Positions 20,087 through 29,263 of a DNA stretch of 64,000 nucleotides are shown here, one piece after another (position 1 is the first letter of the stretch; each line of letters begins with the position of its first letter). The stretch spans positions 2,880,001-2,944,000 of the forward strand of contig OZ242008.1 in NCBI GenBank assembly GCA_965204735.1. The letters run 5' to 3'. This DNA comes from Longimicrobiales bacterium (GTDB lineage: Bacteria; Gemmatimonadota; Gemmatimonadetes; Longimicrobiales; Gaopeijiaceae). Under the pieces are notes generated by a model. It saw only the letters and a program-made list of their open reading frames with translations. It did not search any database and was not told the DNA's origin. A program made the translations under genes and the position numbers.

Positions 20087-20937
20087 CGGCCCTCTATGTA
20101 GTCCGCGGTCTCCTTGCGGGCGGGAGCGCCGAAGAGCTGGTCCGTTGCGCCGTGCTCCACGATCCGGCCCAGCAGCATGAAGACGCACTCCTGGGAGAGT
20201 CGGCGCGCCTGGGCCATGTTGTGGGTGACGATCAGGACCGTGTATTCGCCTGCCAGCTCGCGGATCATCTCCTCCACGGCTTCGGTGCCCGCCGGGTCCA
20301 GAGCCGAACAGGGCTCGTCCATGAGCAAGACGCGGGGCTTGACCGGAAGCAGCCGGGCGATGCACAGCTTCTGCTGCTCCTCCAGAGAAAGTCCCGTCGC
20401 GCGCCGATCCAGCCGATCCTTCACCGACTCCCAAAGCAGGACGCGGCGCAGCGCCGATTCCAGCGCCTCTTCGCGCTCGGCCCGCGACGCCTTCCGCACC
20501 GCGGTCTCGTGGAGCCGGAACCCGAAGAGCACGTTGTCGCGGATGGAGATCGGCAGCGGGTTGGGACGCTGGAAGACCATTCCCACCTGCTTGCGCACCT
20601 GCACGATCTCCACGTCGTCTCCGAAGACGTTCCGGCCGTGGACCCGCACGCTCCCCGTGGTGCGCACGTAGCCCAGCCGCTCGGCGATGCGGTTGCACGT
20701 GCGCAGCAAGGTCGTCTTGCCGCACCCCGAGGGGCCGATCATCGAGGTGACGATCCCTCGCCGCACTTGCAGGTCCACGTCGAAGAGGGCCTGGAAGTCC
20801 CCGTACCACAGGTTGAGCCCCCGCGTCTCGACGGCGAGCTCCGAAGCGGCGGCCCCGGCATGGGCGCTGCCGGCGCCGACCCGGCCGACGGGGCTGCCCG
20901 CCTCGACGCCGGGACCGCCCGTGGTCGCGTCAGCCAA
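20077..20937 (-). CDS. pstB: Phosphate ABC transporter ATP-binding protein (second copy)
   Basis: GPSGCGKTT, GMVFQRPNP, LSLEEQQKLCIAR, LMDEPCSALDP, VTHNMAQA, YIEGRYG; start approximate (TTG 20937). Confidence 0.9.
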   Translation of the reverse strand: MADATTGGPGVEAGSPVGRVGAGSAHAGAAASELAVETRGLNLWYGDFQALFDVDLQVRRGIVTSMIGPSGCGKTTLLRTCNRIAERLGYVRTTGSVRVHGRNVFGDDVEIVQVRKQVGMVFQRPNPLPISIRDNVLFGFRLHETAVRKASRAEREEALESALRRVLLWESVKDRLDRRATGLSLEEQQKLCIARLLPVKPRVLLMDEPCSALDPAGTEAVEEMIRELAGEYTVLIVTHNMAQARRLSQECVFMLLGRIVEHGATDQLFGAPARKETADYIEGRYG

Positions 20938-21730
20938 AGCGTCCCTCGATGTATCCGATGGTGCGTGGGTCCTGGACCTTGCCCGCAAAGAGGTCCTCGG
21001 TGTCGCCCGTCTCCACCAGCTCGCCCGTGAGGAAGAAGGCGGTGCGGTCGGCCAGGCGCCGGGCCTGCTGCACCAAGTTCGTCACCAGGACGATCGTGAT
21101 CTCGGCGCGCAGCTCCTTCAGCACGTCTTCGATCCGCATGGTGGTGACCGGGTCCACCGCAATGGAGAACTCGTCGAGCAGCAGGAGCTCGGGTTCCTGC
21201 GAGAGGGCCCGGGCAATGGTCAGCCGCTGCTGCTGTCCTCCCGACAGCAAGCTGCCCAGCGAGTCCAGCCGGTCCTTGACCTCGTCCCAGAGGGCGGCCC
21301 GGGTCAGGCAGCGCTCCACCACTTCGTCCAAGTCGGCCCTCTTGCGAACGCCTCGCAGACGCGGGGCGAACGCGACGTTGTCGTAGACGCTCAGCGGCAG
21401 GCCCACCGGCAGCGGAAACACGACCCCGATGCGGCGCCGCAGGGCGTACACGTTGCGAGCCCCCGCCACGCTTCGGCCGCCGACCTTGACGACGCCCGTC
21501 ACCTTCATCGCCGGGTCGAAGGCGTCCATGCGGTTCAGCGCCCGCAAGAACGAGGTCTTGCCGCTGTTGGCCGGGCCGATGATCCCGAAGACTTCGTTCT
21601 TGCGCACCTCGAGGCTGGCGTTGCGCAGGACGGGCCGGCCCCCGTAGGAGATCGTCAGGTCGCGCACCTCCACCACCGGCGGCTCGTCGCGGCCAGGAGA
21701 CGCCTTCCCGCCGGGGGTCGCCGCTACCAC
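20930..21730 (-). CDS. pstB: Phosphate ABC transporter ATP-binding protein (first copy)
   Basis: GPANSGKTS, LSGGQQQRLTIARAL, LLDEFSIAVDP, YIEGRFG; GTG overlaps the pstA stop. Confidence 0.88.
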   Translation of the reverse strand: MVAATPGGKASPGRDEPPVVEVRDLTISYGGRPVLRNASLEVRKNEVFGIIGPANSGKTSFLRALNRMDAFDPAMKVTGVVKVGGRSVAGARNVYALRRRIGVVFPLPVGLPLSVYDNVAFAPRLRGVRKRADLDEVVERCLTRAALWDEVKDRLDSLGSLLSGGQQQRLTIARALSQEPELLLLDEFSIAVDPVTTMRIEDVLKELRAEITIVLVTNLVQQARRLADRTAFFLTGELVETGDTEDLFAGKVQDPRTIGYIEGRFG

Positions 21731-22590
21731 TTCTTGAGCCCCCGCAGGTAGACCCGGAACGCGATCGACACGGCGTTCATGAGGAGGACGATGGAGACCA
21801 GGACCAGAGCCACGCCGTAGGGCACGTTCTCCGCCACGCCCGGCGTCTGCGTGGTGATCACGTAGAGGTGAAGGGACATGGCCATGGTTTCGTCCAGAAC
21901 GCCTGCGGGGTAGAAGAGCTGGAACGCCACCGCGCCCGTGAACATGATCGGCGCCGTCTCGCCCGCGGTTCGGGACACTTCCAGGATGACGCCGGTGAGG
22001 ATGCCGCTGATCGAGTTGGGCAGCACCACCTTGCGGATCGTCTGCCAGCGGGTCGCGCCCATGTTCCAGCACGCCTCCCGAAACGCCCGGGGCACGGCCT
22101 GGAGCGACTCGCGGGTGGCCACGACGACCACGGGCAGGGTCATGACCGCCAGAGTCAGGCTGGCCGCCAGGATGCTCGTCCCCGTCCCGAAGAAGAGCAC
22201 GAAGGCGCCGACGCCGAAGAGGGCGTGAACGATCGACGGGACGCCGGCCAAGTTGACGATCGCCAGGTTGATGACGCGGGTGAGGAGGTTGTCGGGCGCG
22301 TACTCGCTCAAGTAGAGCGCCGCCGCCACGCCGACGGGCACCGACGCCAGAAGCGCCACCACGACCAGCCAGACCGTGCCCACCAGGGGGAGGGCGATCC
22401 CGCCTCCGCCGTCGCTGGAGGGGGGCGTGGCGAGGAACTCCCACGACAGCGCCGAGCCGCCCTTGACCACCAACGTGCCGAGAACGAGAAGCACGGGGAC
22501 GACGAGAGCGACCGTCATGAAGAAGAGGGCGGCCTTGGCCAGGGCCTGGGCGCGGTCGTTCCGCCGGTTCAGGGGCGTCGGGGCGAACAC
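21724..22590 (-). CDS. pstA: Phosphate ABC transporter permease PstA
   Basis: ALYLSEYA, NLAGVPSIVHALFG, MGATRWQTIRKVVLP, RTAGETAPI. Confidence 0.92.
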   Translation of the reverse strand: MFAPTPLNRRNDRAQALAKAALFFMTVALVVPVLLVLGTLVVKGGSALSWEFLATPPSSDGGGGIALPLVGTVWLVVVALLASVPVGVAAALYLSEYAPDNLLTRVINLAIVNLAGVPSIVHALFGVGAFVLFFGTGTSILAASLTLAVMTLPVVVVATRESLQAVPRAFREACWNMGATRWQTIRKVVLPNSISGILTGVILEVSRTAGETAPIMFTGAVAFQLFYPAGVLDETMAMSLHLYVITTQTPGVAENVPYGVALVLVSIVLLMNAVSIAFRVYLRGLKKW

Positions 22591-22595
22591 CGAGC

Positions 22596-23510
22596 CTACT
22601 TCCTGCGGATTCCCCGGACCACCAGGTCGGCGGTCAGGTTGATTGCGAACGTCACGGCGAAGAGAAGGATGCCCAGGGTGAAGAGGGACCCGTAGTGGGC
22701 CGAGCCTTCCGCGGTGTCGCCCAGCTCGGCCGCGATGGTGGCCGTCAGCGCCCGCACCGAGTCGAAGGGGCTCGTGGGAAGGTTGATGGCGTGGCCCGAC
22801 GCCATCAGCACCGCCATCGTCTCGCCGAACCCTCGGCCCACCCCCAGCAGCACGGCGGCCAGCAGCCCGTTCCGGCTGGCGGGGATCACGACCTTGCGCA
22901 CCACCTCCCAGCGGGTCGCGCCAAGGGCCTCCGCAGCCTCGCGGTAGGCGTCCGGCACCGCCTTCAGGGCGTCCTCGGCGATGGTGGCCATGATCGGCGC
23001 CGCCATCAGGCCCAGGATGATCCCGGCGTTGAGGACGCCCAGGCCCAGGGGCACGCCGAAGACGCCCTCGATCAGCGGCTTCATGATGGTGATTCCCACG
23101 AAACCCCACACCACCGAAGGGATCGCGGCCAGGAGCTCGACCAGCACCTTCAGGACCTCTCGCACCTTCCCGGTCGCGAACTCGCCGATGTAGACGGCCG
23201 CGCCCAGGGAGAGGGGCACCGAGACCAGCATCGCCAAGCCCGTCACGCTGGCCGTGCCCGCGATCAGGGCCAGGGCGCCGTAGGTGGGGTTGCTGGACGT
23301 GGGACGCCACGCAATGGAAGTGAAGAACTCGCCCAGGCTCAGGGCGCTGAAGACGAAGTCGAGCCCTTCCTTGGTGACGAAGACGAAGATCGCGGCCACG
23401 AAGACGATCGCCGACAGCCCGCCCGTGAAGATGAGGAGCTGAGCGGCTCGGTCCGCGTACCAGGCAAGGTCCCGGCGGTCCATGGCGTCCAGGGCCGCCG
23501 CCGGCTTCAT
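22596..23510 (-). CDS. pstC: Phosphate ABC transporter permease PstC
   Basis: ELLAAIPSVVWG, ALGATRWEV, GRGFGETMAVLM, LTATIAAELG. Confidence 0.92.
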   Translation of the reverse strand: MKPAAALDAMDRRDLAWYADRAAQLLIFTGGLSAIVFVAAIFVFVTKEGLDFVFSALSLGEFFTSIAWRPTSSNPTYGALALIAGTASVTGLAMLVSVPLSLGAAVYIGEFATGKVREVLKVLVELLAAIPSVVWGFVGITIMKPLIEGVFGVPLGLGVLNAGIILGLMAAPIMATIAEDALKAVPDAYREAAEALGATRWEVVRKVVIPASRNGLLAAVLLGVGRGFGETMAVLMASGHAINLPTSPFDSVRALTATIAAELGDTAEGSAHYGSLFTLGILLFAVTFAINLTADLVVRGIRRK

Positions 23511-24391
23511 CCGCAGGCCACGTCCTCGATCGGCGCGTAGCCCCGCTTCCGGATCACGCACTGGCCCTCGTTCGAGAGGATCCAGTCCACGTAGGCCTTC
23601 ACCGCGCCTCGGGGCTGACCCGCCGTGTACATGAAGAGAGGCCGGGCGATGGGGTAGCTGCCGTCTTCCGCCGCGGTCAGCGTCGGCGCGACGCACGGCT
23701 CGCCCTCGGCGGCCGCGATGCAGGGCATGCGGACATGTTCCGTGGCGTACGCCAGGCCGCTGTACCCGATGGCGCACGGGGTGTTCTCCACCAAGTCCAC
23801 GACGTCCTTGGAGCCATGCATGTCCCGGGATCCCAGCTTGAAGTCCCCTTCTCCCAGAACCGCTTCCCGGAAGTACACGTAGGTGCCCGAGTTGTTCTGA
23901 CGGCTCACCCGGACGATCTCGTCGGAGCCGCAGCCCGGCACCGCGACGCCCAGGTCGGACCACGTCTCGGCGGAGCCGCCTTCGCCGTAGATCGACCCGA
24001 TCTGGGCCAGCGTCATGCTCCGGATGGGGTTGTCCTCGTGGAGGTAGACGGCCAGGGCGTCGTAGCCCACGACGAACTCCACGGCTTCCACGCCGTTGCT
24101 CCGGGCAGCTTCGCGCTCCAAGTCGCGCATTCGCCGCGACGAGTTGGCGATGTCCACGGTGCCGTTGATCATGGCCGAGATCCCCGTTCCCGAACCGCCG
24201 CCCGTGACCGATACGGCCACGTCGGGCGCAACCTCCCGGTACGCCTCCGCCCACGCCTGGGCCACGTTCAGCAACGTGTCGGAGCCCTTGTTCTGGATGA
24301 CCGAGCGCTGCGCGCGGTCGGAGCCGCCGCAGGCGAAGACCAGCAGCGCCGCGACGGGAGCAGCTCGCTTCGGTGCGCCGCTTCGATTCAC
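23507..24391 (-). CDS. pstS: Phosphate-binding lipoprotein PstS
   Basis: Lipobox VFAC; KGSDTL, GGGSGTG, DIANSSR, SRQNNSGTY, YPIARPLFMY. Confidence 0.93.
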   Translation of the reverse strand: MNRSGAPKRAAPVAALLVFACGGSDRAQRSVIQNKGSDTLLNVAQAWAEAYREVAPDVAVSVTGGGSGTGISAMINGTVDIANSSRRMRDLEREAARSNGVEAVEFVVGYDALAVYLHEDNPIRSMTLAQIGSIYGEGGSAETWSDLGVAVPGCGSDEIVRVSRQNNSGTYVYFREAVLGEGDFKLGSRDMHGSKDVVDLVENTPCAIGYSGLAYATEHVRMPCIAAAEGEPCVAPTLTAAEDGSYPIARPLFMYTAGQPRGAVKAYVDWILSNEGQCVIRKRGYAPIEDVACG

Positions 24392-24527
24392 GTGCGCTCC
24401 CTCCCATGGGGGTTCGAGACCCGATGCGGGGTCTTGTGGTTGGGGTCGACGCCGGATCCGTCGCCGAGGTCGATGCTCGATCTTGCCCGGGCCGGTCGAG
24501 GAGAGACGGGCGAAGTTTGCCGAAGGC

Positions 24528-24545
24528 CTGTCACAGTACGGTAAC
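24528..24545. promoter_or_regulatory. Possible Pho-box-like direct repeat upstream of pstS
   Basis: CTGTCAC-AGTA-CGGTAAC: two 7-mers with 11-bp period, resembling the PhoB CTGTCAT consensus, about 140 bp upstream of pstS; it reads on the strand opposite to pstS. Confidence 0.45.
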
Positions 24546-24578
24546 CGGCGTGGGACGATGCGGTCGCTTCGCCGGTCG

Positions 24579-25901
24579 TCACGCGGCCCCTGCCGTCGCC
24601 TCGTGGTCGAGCGCCTCTTGGGCGGGGGTCGCGCTTCCGCTGCCGACGGCGCGCCGCAGGACCTGCTCGATGTCCAGTCCCAGGACCGACGCCAACCCCT
24701 CCATCGTTCCGTAGGCGCCGCGGACGCGCTGGTTGAGGGCGTTGGAGACGCCGTCGCCCTCGCCCCCGTCCATGACCACCACCCGGTCGATGTCCACGCC
24801 CCTGACCGCGCCCACCGCCGTCTCCAGCAGCTCCGGCAGCTTCTCGGCCATGAAAACGGCGAAGGCGGCGTCGCCGCCGGCCCGCACTTCCGCGTACAGC
24901 CGCCGCAGCACCTCGACCTGGGCCTTCCCCCGCTCCAGGATCGGGGCGGCTTCGGCCTCGGCCCGGGCGAAGGCGGCCATCTTCTCGGCCTTGGCGGGCT
25001 CCACCACGTCGGCCCGGAGCCGCTGCTCCTCGCGCTCGACCCGCTTCTCCTCCAAGACCCTCTCGGCTTCGACCTCGGCCTCGGCGGCGCGTACCCGGGC
25101 GATCTTCTCGGCGGTCACGCCCTCCTGGTCCAGCTCGGCTTGGCGCACCCGCAGCGCGTTGCGGGCCTCGGACACCTTGATCGACGCGCCGGCTTCCCGC
25201 ACCTCGGCTCTCTGGCGGGCCTCGGCCTGGGCTTCCCGGGTATCGGCCTCCGCTTGAGCTTCGGCGATCTCGGCCTGGCGGATCGCCTCTGCCGACTTCT
25301 TGCGGCCGATCGCCTCGAGGTAGCCCCGCTCGTCGCTGACGTTCTGAATCTTCAGCACGTCCAGATGGAAGCCCAACGAGGCCAAGTCCTCGCCCGCGTC
25401 CTCGGACAGCGCCTTGGCGAAGCCCAGCCGGTCCTCGTTGACCGCTTCCGGGGTCATGGTGGCCAGGACGCCCCGCAGGTTGCCGGTAAGGGTGTCCTGG
25501 GCCAGCAGGCGCACTTCCTCCTCCGACTTGCCCAGCAGTCGCTCGACCGCGTTGTTGAAGACCCACTCGGGCTCGGAAGCGACCTTCACGTTGGCGATCG
25601 CTTCCACGTTCAGCGGAATGTTCCCCTTGGAGAAGGCGTTCTTGACCATCACCTCGATAGGGATCGTCTCCAGGTTGACGTGCTGCACCGTCTCGATGAT
25701 CGGGACGCGAAAGGTGCGCCCGCCGCTGATCGATCGATAGCCGACGGCCTGCCCGTCGGCGAGCTTGCGCCTGCGGCCCGTGAGGACGGCAGCTCGGTTC
25801 GGCGGCACGATGACGATGAGCTTCTTGACGGTCGTGATCAGCACGACCACGACCATCAGGACGATGGCGGCCACGACGGCGGCGGGGATCAGGTTCTCCA
25901 T
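24579..25901 (-). CDS. Flotillin/SPFH (band 7) family protein
   Basis: N-terminal TM, GGRTFRVPIIE, LTGNLRGVLATMTPEAVNEDR, Ala/Glu-rich coiled coil; GGAG RBS. Confidence 0.9.
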   Translation of the reverse strand: MENLIPAAVVAAIVLMVVVVLITTVKKLIVIVPPNRAAVLTGRRRKLADGQAVGYRSISGGRTFRVPIIETVQHVNLETIPIEVMVKNAFSKGNIPLNVEAIANVKVASEPEWVFNNAVERLLGKSEEEVRLLAQDTLTGNLRGVLATMTPEAVNEDRLGFAKALSEDAGEDLASLGFHLDVLKIQNVSDERGYLEAIGRKKSAEAIRQAEIAEAQAEADTREAQAEARQRAEVREAGASIKVSEARNALRVRQAELDQEGVTAEKIARVRAAEAEVEAERVLEEKRVEREEQRLRADVVEPAKAEKMAAFARAEAEAAPILERGKAQVEVLRRLYAEVRAGGDAAFAVFMAEKLPELLETAVGAVRGVDIDRVVVMDGGEGDGVSNALNQRVRGAYGTMEGLASVLGLDIEQVLRRAVGSGSATPAQEALDHEATAGAA

Positions 25902-25958
25902 CAGCTTCTCCTTTGGGGGGACCTTATGCGGGGGCCGGAACTCGATTCGACTCGGGGG

Positions 25959-26519
25959 TCACTCTTCCAGCAGCTTCACGTCCACGGGCGCCACGGCGGC
26001 CACGCCGTCCTTCATCTCGACGACCACGACCTGCCGGCCTTGGGCCAGTCCCTCGGCGTCCCGGTACGCATCGTCTACGCGGGCTCGGACGCGAATCCTT
26101 CTGTCGCCGCGCGCCACGTGCACGAAGCCGGGGCTGCCGGGGCCCACCTCGAGGGCGACTTTTCCCGTGAGCCCCACGAGCGACTCTTCGCCGGGAATGA
26201 ACCCGGTCTCGGTGCGTCGCAGGTAGCCGAACGCGGCGCTGACGATCGCGCCTGCGGCCAAGCCGGTCGCGCCGGCGATCAAGGCGGTGGCGCCGGTCCG
26301 GGATCCGTCCCAGAGAAGGTGAAGGGCCGTCCCAGCCGCCCCGAAGCCGAAGACGGCGTAGACCAGGGTGCGGAGCGAGAGGATCGCCGATGCGTCGCCG
26401 AACGAGTCGGCGTCCACGTCGGCGGAGACATCCGCGTCGCCGTCCAGGAAGTCGCCGAAGAGCGAGAGGCCCAGGAGGCCGCCCCCGACGGCAAGGCATG
26501 CGACGTATGCGGTCAGCAT
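25959..26519 (-). CDS. NfeD-like membrane partner of flotillin
   Basis: ATG 26519 with GGAGGAG RBS; three hydrophobic segments, then an OB-fold-like SLVGLTGKV..GRQVVVVEMKDGVAAVAP; directly upstream of the SPFH gene. Confidence 0.82.
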   Translation of the reverse strand: MLTAYVACLAVGGGLLGLSLFGDFLDGDADVSADVDADSFGDASAILSLRTLVYAVFGFGAAGTALHLLWDGSRTGATALIAGATGLAAGAIVSAAFGYLRRTETGFIPGEESLVGLTGKVALEVGPGSPGFVHVARGDRRIRVRARVDDAYRDAEGLAQGRQVVVVEMKDGVAAVAPVDVKLLEE

Positions 26520-26577
26520 CGGCTCCTCCTTCCGGCCTGCGGCGTGTTTCGGGGCGTTTGGTGCGGTCGGGCCGGCC

Positions 26578-26760
26578 CCCACGCCGGCTTTCGCGGGGGA
26601 AACGTACTTGCGACATGGACGGCGGCGCGACGGGCAACGTGACCTACCAGCCCACGCCGGCTTTCGCGGGGGAAAACGTACTTGCGACGGGCGGGGCCAA
26701 CTCGGCCGCCAGCCGCGCCTCCGCCCCACGCCGGCGTTCGGGGGGAAACGTACTTGCGAC
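26578..26760. CRISPR. Orphan CRISPR-like mini-array: 3 repeats (37/38/36 bp) and 2 unique 36-bp spacers
   Basis: Repeat CCCACGCCGGCTTTCGCGGGGGAAACGTACTTGCGAC at 26578-26614, 26651-26688 (one extra A) and 26725-26760 (degenerate). Spacers 26615-26650 and 26689-26724 are unrelated and equal in length. No cas genes in the window. Confidence 0.55.
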
Positions 26761-26775
26761 CCGTCGCCGGAGACA

Positions 26776-26874
26776 GGGAGCGGCAGTGCGGCGCAAGGCG
26801 GCGGAACGCTCGGGCGCGAGGCCGGGAGCGGCGGTGCGGCGCAAGGAGACGGAGCGCTCGGGCGCGAGGCCGGG
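26776..26874. repeat. Imperfect 48-bp tandem duplication
   Basis: GGGAGCGGC(A/G)GTGCGGCGCAAGG..CGGA(A/G)CGCTCGGGCGCGAGGCC occurs at 26776 and 26824. Confidence 0.85.
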
Positions 26875-27108
26875 CAGCACGGGAGCGCCTTTCCTGGCGT
26901 CGCGCCGTTTCCTTGCGTCGGCCGAGGCGGGAAGAGTAGCTTCGGGCGGTTGCGAAGCGGCCCGGCTGCGACGACCGGCGAGCCGCTGGACCCAGCTCCG
27001 ACGAGCCGCCAAGTGCAAGGAGCGCGTGGAGATGCCCCCGACTGCCGGCGGTGGGCCGCTTCGTCCGTTGGGCGAAACGGAGTTGCGCTGCGAGCCGCAG
27101 GACGCGCC

Positions 27109-29244
27109 GTGAAGGCTGGTACTGCGTGTGCGCCGGCGGCAGTGGCGACCGTCGCCGCGAAGGCCGGTGGGCGCCGCGTTCGACGGAGCGTCTTCGCGGC
27201 CGCTTGCGTCGCCGCGTCGCTTGCCCCTGTGGTGGCGGTCCGGGCCCAGCAGGGCGCCGTCGGCGGAGAGTGGCGCCACTATGGCGGCGGCCCAGGCAAT
27301 ACGCGCTACGCGCCCCTGGACCAGATCGACCGGACCAACGTCGGGTCGCTGGAAGTCGCCTGGCGGTGGAAGGCCGCCAACTACGGTCCGGCGCCCGAGT
27401 TCAACTACCGGACCACGCCCCTCATGGTGGACGGCGTGCTGTACGCCACGGCAGGCTACCGGCGGGTCGTGGCCGCAATCGACGCAGGAACCGGCGAGAC
27501 GCTCTGGACGTACCGCCTGGACGAGGGAGACCGCTCGGCACCGCGGCGCAACTCGGGGAGAGGCGTGGCGTACTGGGACCCGCGGCGGGCCGGGGCGGAC
27601 GGCGCCCGAGCGGCCGGCGCCGAACCGATCGAGACCGAGACGGGCGCCGGGGTCCGGCCCGGGACCAGCGCCGGGGCCGAGCCCTTCGCCCGTCCTCGCA
27701 TCTTCCTCGTCACGCCGGGGTTCCACCTGGTGGCGCTGGACGCGGCCACCGGGAGGCCGGTCGAAGGCTTCGGCGAGCGCGGGGTAGTGGACCTTCGGCT
27801 GGAGCTGGGAAGGGAGATCGACTTGGAGGACGCGCCGATCGGGTCCAGCTCGCCGCCGGCGGTGGCAGGGAGCGTGGTCGTGGTGGGCTCGGCGCTGCCG
27901 TCGGGGGGCGCGCCGCCTTCGCCGGAGATGCCGCCGGGCCACGTGCGGGGGTACGACGCGGCGACGGGCGAGCGCCTTTGGACCTTCCACACCATTCCCC
28001 AGCCCGGCGAGTTCGGCCACGAGACGTGGGAGGAGGACTCGTGGGAGTACACGGGCAACGCGGCCGTGTGGACCGCCATCAGCGTCGACCCGGCGCTGGG
28101 TCTGGTCTACCTGCCCGTGGAAGCGGGCACCGGCGACTACTACGGCGGCCATCGGCCCGGCGACAACCTCTTTTCCCAGAGCCTGGTCGCCCTCGACGCG
28201 GCCACCGGAGAGCGCGCCTGGCACTTCCAGACCGTTCACCACGGCATCTGGGACTACGACCCGCCGGCGGCGCCCGTCCTGGCCGACTTGGTGGTGGAGG
28301 GGCGCCCGGTGCCGGCGGTGGCCCAGATCACCAAGCAGACCTTCACCTTCGTGCTCGACCGGCGGACCGGCGAGCCCCTGTGGCCCGTCGAGGAGCGTCC
28401 CGTGCCCCAGACCGACGTGCCCGGCGAGCGCACGTCGCCCACGCAGCCCTTTCCCACCAAGCCCCCGCCCTTCGACCGGCAGGGCGTGGACCCCGACGAC
28501 CTGATCGACTTCACCCCCGAACTGCGCGCCGAAGCGGAAGAGATCCTCGCCCAGCTGCGATGGGGGCCCTTGTACACGCCCCCGTCGGTGGCGGAGGAAG
28601 GCGGCGCCCAAGGCACCCTCATGGTCCCCGGCTCCTTGGGAGGCGCCAACTGGCCCGGCGGAGCGTTCGACCCCGAGTCCGGCTACCTCTTCGTCCAGTC
28701 GGCGACCCACCCCAGCGTGATCTCCCTGGTTCGCGACCCCGAGCTCTCGTCCATGAACTACGTGCGCGGCGGCGGGCTGCGGCTGCGGCGCGGCGGCGGC
28801 CCCCAGGGGCTGCCCCTATTCAAGCCGCCTTGGGGGCGGATCACGGCCCTCGACCTCAACGTCGGCGAGATCGCGTGGCAAGTCCCCAACGGCGACGCCC
28901 CCGAGTACGTGCGGGAGCATCCGGCGCTGGAAGGAGTGGACGTGGGAAGGACCGGCCGCCAGGACCGGGGCGGGCTCCTGGTCACCCGTACCCTGCTCTT
29001 CGCCGGCGAAGGCGGGGGGATGTACGCGGCCTCGGGGTCGGGAGGAAGGATGCTGCGGGCTCACGACAAGGCGACGGGCGAGGTCGTGGCCGAGATCGAG
29101 CTGCCGGCCAACCAGACGGGCCTGCCCATGACCTACATGCACGAGGGGCGGCAGTTCGTGGTGGTGGCGGTGGGGGCGCCCCGGCGGCCGGGGGAGCTGG
29201 TGGCGCTGTCGTTGCCGGGGAGAACCGGCGCCGGAGGGAGCTGA
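27109..29244 (+). CDS. Secreted PQQ-dependent dehydrogenase (glucose/quinate/shikimate-like)
   Basis: Signal ending VRA/QQ; EWRHYGG..RYAPLDQID..NV..LEVAW, TPLMVDGVLY, WHFQTVHHGIWDYD, GGANWPG, PMTYMHEGRQFVVV; start uncertain. Confidence 0.9.
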   Translation: MKAGTACAPAAVATVAAKAGGRRVRRSVFAAACVAASLAPVVAVRAQQGAVGGEWRHYGGGPGNTRYAPLDQIDRTNVGSLEVAWRWKAANYGPAPEFNYRTTPLMVDGVLYATAGYRRVVAAIDAGTGETLWTYRLDEGDRSAPRRNSGRGVAYWDPRRAGADGARAAGAEPIETETGAGVRPGTSAGAEPFARPRIFLVTPGFHLVALDAATGRPVEGFGERGVVDLRLELGREIDLEDAPIGSSSPPAVAGSVVVVGSALPSGGAPPSPEMPPGHVRGYDAATGERLWTFHTIPQPGEFGHETWEEDSWEYTGNAAVWTAISVDPALGLVYLPVEAGTGDYYGGHRPGDNLFSQSLVALDAATGERAWHFQTVHHGIWDYDPPAAPVLADLVVEGRPVPAVAQITKQTFTFVLDRRTGEPLWPVEERPVPQTDVPGERTSPTQPFPTKPPPFDRQGVDPDDLIDFTPELRAEAEEILAQLRWGPLYTPPSVAEEGGAQGTLMVPGSLGGANWPGGAFDPESGYLFVQSATHPSVISLVRDPELSSMNYVRGGGLRLRRGGGPQGLPLFKPPWGRITALDLNVGEIAWQVPNGDAPEYVREHPALEGVDVGRTGRQDRGGLLVTRTLLFAGEGGGMYAASGSGGRMLRAHDKATGEVVAEIELPANQTGLPMTYMHEGRQFVVVAVGAPRRPGELVALSLPGRTGAGGS

Positions 29245-29263
29245 GCCGCCAGGCGACTTCTCG

